DNA of 64,000 nt, from assembly GCF_902459465.1 (NCBI RefSeq), contig NC_047062.1:21142001-21206000 (forward strand), given 5' to 3'. A program made the translations under genes and the position numbers. The notes beneath the pieces are model-generated. The model had not been told where the DNA came from. It was given only the letters and a program-made list of their open reading frames with translations, and searched no databases. Source of the stretch: Asterias rubens. Taxonomy: Eukaryota. Positions 60,301-64,000 of this stretch are shown here, piece by piece; position 1 is the first letter of the stretch; each line of letters starts with the position of its first letter.

Positions 60301-62779
60301 ATGACTCTATGATTAATAAAGACAATCAAAGATGCTGTTATCATCATGACTGAAATTCGTGGCATGTGAAAAATGAATGTTTTACGGTCTGTGTTGTTGT
60401 CGTGGGTCTTGTGATTTATGGTCTATTAACCGCAACTTGGAATGGTATTAATCTAAATAGTTGTGTCACGTGTCACATACCTCACTAGACACTTATTGAT
60501 TCACCACCCATGTATTTATGTTTTTATATCAAAAGAACTTCCCTGATCTTTGCGTTACAGTCATGATAGCGGGTTGAGATTGGCAAGGAAACAAATTAAT
60601 CGTGATAAAAAATATTATCAAAGTTTGGCCTCATAAACTTGATACCAGTAGGCCTACAAAGTTCCCTGATTAAAAACTGTCCGGTAACAAGTTACTTCGA
60701 TTTGCGAAAGGGATAATAATATCTTTGCGAACGATCGGAACGTGCACATAAAAATCCCCGAGACGCCATCTTTAGGCCAAATTTGGGTTTCGGCTTTGAG
60801 CTGCGTCGCGTCCTATTTTGTATACGCTTCCAAGAGATTGTGGGCCAATTTTTTTGAAAGCCACTTCACGTGTGCCGCATTGGCGGTACGTTTTATTGTA
60901 CGCATGGCGCAAAGGGTAATTTGTGCGTTTAAAAAATTAAATAAACAACCATTGTGCCGGAACTACATTGATTTAAAAAAAAAAATAAAAATCGCCGTCT
61001 TGACCGCATGTGTATAATAGGCCCGTCTCACGAGCAACAAGGCTCTTTTAAACTAATCAAATTTTTCATTTCCAAATCGCCTTCTAGCTGTGACTCACAT
61101 TTCACTTGTAAATACTATACGCCTCGTTATGGTCAGCAGTATGGTAGTGACCGAAGCCCCAGGCCTATGAATGAGTGTGAAAAGAATGTAACATAGGCCT
61201 ATAAGAATGCAATGACGAAATGAACATTAATCAACTTAAATTTATCACCATGCTTAATAAATCGTACGCCAGTGACGTGACGCTTTCTTGTTGATCAAAA
61301 TCATGCAACTCGGAGAGTATATTATAGGCAAATGGCAATTTTTCAGCAATCTTTGGACCTCTTGTACTAAAAACGAAATAATACAGTTTTTGTGTAATGT
61401 TCCAAATCACCAAGGACGTTGACCCCTTCTTCTGGTTTGGTAAAACCAGTCGATGGGATCGGTTAAAACAGCAAGGACGTTAATTAATTTGTTTTGGGGA
61501 ACCATGGAGGTAGAAATAGGTGGGGGAACTAACGTCATCAAACAGCCTTGTTCATTACGTACATACGTATTAAACCAAAAAGAGGGCGGGCTTTATGAGA
61601 TTACAGGGTGCTTCCAAACGCGTATCAAGTACCAGTAGGTGCATAGTTTTTACTTTAAATAAATAATAACAACAATATGCAGATTTGTATTGCGCCAATC
61701 CACTCTATCATACTTTGTTTCCGGTTTTAACAAATCACACACAATACAGATGTTATGTTTTGTTTTTATTCATAAATTATAGTAATAATTGTTATGGACA
61801 GCGTATTATAGGTAGACCATTCATCACGTGACTAAAAACGTCAAGGTATGGTAAAGTGTCTGATCACCGGGCATGCCAAGAGTTGATGCACCCAACATCA
61901 GAGCATCGACCTCGTTAATTTGTTGTAGGCCATCCAAAAATTTCATATAAGACAGATTTGAGGGCCCAAAAGAGGGGTGTCACATCGGGTAAAACTTTTA
62001 AAACAATATTGTGACCTCAGGGTGGGGTTGACTTCCAACTTTTTGTATTTTGAACGAGGCCTAAATATTTTCCTATTTTGCTGAGAGGAGGTGGATGGAT
62101 ATTTGTTAAGAATAATGCTCAGACGTCTGGAAACAAAACGCCCAAATTGAGCGGAGTATTAAAGTTCAATGGGCAATGGATAATTCCTCTTTACAGTAAA
62201 AAGCTGTGGGACTTCTATGCATTTGTGGGTATTTTGCACTGTTTTGATTTAGTGTGGTGCACAAGAGGGCCGAAAGGGGCTACAAAGTGACGGCGGATGT
62301 GAGTGGGTGTTGGAACTTTTTTCTCTGATCGTTTTAGGGGCCATGCATAATATGGAGAAGGAAGTAAATTATTGTTAAATAAACACCCTCCTTTTAAAAA
62401 TTTTTTTTTCAAGTATTACTCAAACATGAGCGGTGACGAGCGAAAAGCTTTTACCGAAAAAAGAATTCGTAATCCAAAGCGACAAGTCTGAACACGAACA
62501 CCTTTTTATGTGATCGACCAGTCGACGAGTTTAGAAGTGCACATTAACATAACTAGGGGAAAGCGCCCTCACTAATTTGCATAAGACAATCTTGTTGACG
62601 AATTGGACTTTTTCCAAACCCGTGACACAACCGCAGTGAATAAAGTAGTGCCGAGTGAGACTATTTTGGGCTTTTCGTGGTAGCAACGGCTATTAATCAC
62701 CCTCAAAAGAGATGTGTATAACATTTCAATCAATTTATGATCGTTTAAGCTGAAAATTGAGGAGTAATCGTTCAATAAA

Positions 62780-62912
62780 TAAAGCGAATTGATATTACGA
62801 TTTGCTCCTCCCACTTGAGACACGTGGGTTCTGCGCGTGGCGTTAAGCAGACGCCATATTGCTCGGAAATTCGTTCTAGTCCGATTGGAACGTTGACGAA
62901 AATCTCGTCAAA
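62780..62912 (+). promoter_or_regulatory. MAX proximal promoter / 5-prime UTR
   Basis: CpG-rich; E-box CACGTG 62821-62826; YY1-like CGCCATATT about 62852-62860; inverted CCAAT (ATTGG) 62884-62888. Confidence 0.6.
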
Positions 62913-62951
62913 ATGAGTGACGACGAAGCCGATGTCGACATCGAAAGCGAC
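62913..62951 (+). CDS. MAX: MAX (Myc-associated factor X), coding exon 1; the rest of the gene lies beyond the window
   Basis: AAAATGAGT GAC GAC GAA GCC GAT GTC GAC ATC GAA AGC GAC|GTAAGT encodes MSDDEADVDIESD with a perfect phase-0 donor. Human MAX exon 1 is MSDNDDIEVESD, with the intron at the same position. Only 13 codons are available, so the call rests on this motif and its context. Confidence 0.8.
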
Positions 62952-64000
62952 GTAAGTAATCTTTGACATGTGATCGAGTGGAACCCGTTCTTGGATGACT
63001 CGTATTGCATTATAAAATGCCGGTTTTTGCCACCCAAATGGGTCGATGTTGTTTCCGTGAAGTGAAGGCCCTACTACTTGTGTGTGTTTACATGATGTTG
63101 ACAGTCTTGTGTGCATTGGTATGCTGACTGGGTGGTGCATGTACACAACACATGTGAATACGTTCCATGTGTACTGTGTCATAGGGCCATACACGTTGTA
63201 TGCCGTATTGATTCGGCCATGATCAGGCAGTCTGTTTACTACGTGTACGTGCCATCCCAATGTGATCACGATTACATGGGTTGGGTTGGCCTTGGTTTGC
63301 TGTCTAGATTTGTTTAAGAATCCGTTAACATTTATATAACGGTTCAAGTGATTGTGTTCAACAATTGATGTGATCTTTTTTTGAATAATAAAAACATGTC
63401 GATTGTCAACATAATGATAAATTATTATGATTATGAAGACGGTGTTCATTGAATCATGGAGGTAGGATTTGAATTGATTATCAATGACATTGATTGATTG
63501 ATAACATTATTTCGGTCAAACTATTTCTTGTTATGGTTGATCTTATCATGGGTAGAGAAACTTGAAAACAAAGCATGTTATTTATTTGTGTCCCTCTTTA
63601 AAATGAAAAAGAGAAAACACATTAAAAAATAAAAAAAATACAAAAATAAACTGAATCTTGTTTTGGGGGTTCAAAATAACAAGTTTTAGTTTTATTTAAA
63701 AACCATAGAGCAAGGAATATGTCATGATCTTAAAATTATGAACTCTTACCCAGTTACTCCACGCCTGTACACTGGCTATAGATATATAGCCAGTACACAG
63801 GCAGGCATTTGTGCAGTAACTGCATGAGAGTTCATAATTTCATGGCATGTACAGCCAAAGATTGGAATTTCTATGATCATGACGACCCCCTCTATTATGT
63901 TTAAATTAAGTGTTTAACTGCTTACTTTAACTTTTTTTTTTTTTAATTTGGTAATTATGGTTGTCCCCTTTTCTAATTTTCTGTTCTATTGTACTTTTGG

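Noticed and set aside
62772-63449. 225-aa minus-strand ORF
   Set aside because: Antisense to the MAX promoter, exon 1 and intron 1, with low-complexity I/V/N/H composition and no domain. Probably a by-product of local base composition.

Overview
This is AT-rich (roughly 35-37% GC by eye) intron-containing animal genomic DNA. From remembered repeat families it is probably a sea star; that assignment is inference, not verified. I built the gene models by hand from splice sites. From left to right: CCSAP (+, 3754-5262, 236 aa); RAB4 (-, 19998-13546, 7 coding exons, 210 aa), convergent with CCSAP as in human 1q42; four tandem ARF-family GTPase genes (+, ARL11/ARL14-like, identical 4-exon phase-1 structure) at 20743-22866, 26043-27945, 30201-32478 and 35941-57357; and coding exon 1 of MAX (+, 62913-62951). 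A possible first exon of an unidentified gene lies head-to-head with CCSAP. The rest is MITEs (TTAA/Kolobok-like, hAT-like, Harbinger-like), tRNA-derived SINE relics, decayed LINE fragments and tandem repeats. The most notable observations are in the diversifying ARF-like cluster. Copy 2 has an intact ORF but NKQD changed to NKQG, remodelled switch regions, an MITE-derived C-terminus, an exon 4 that is 100% identical to copy 1 (a likely gene-conversion tract) and a hybrid promoter. Copies 1 and 2 carry a dead exon-4 relic in intron 1, and copy 4 has three in-frame Met-Gly starts. Outside the cluster there are a 4 x 88-bp repeat of the CCSAP C-terminal motif plus stop codon, a duplicated SINE-head plus palindromic 26-bp satellite, and a cluster of E-boxes upstream of MAX. 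No CRISPR, rRNA or true tRNA genes were found.
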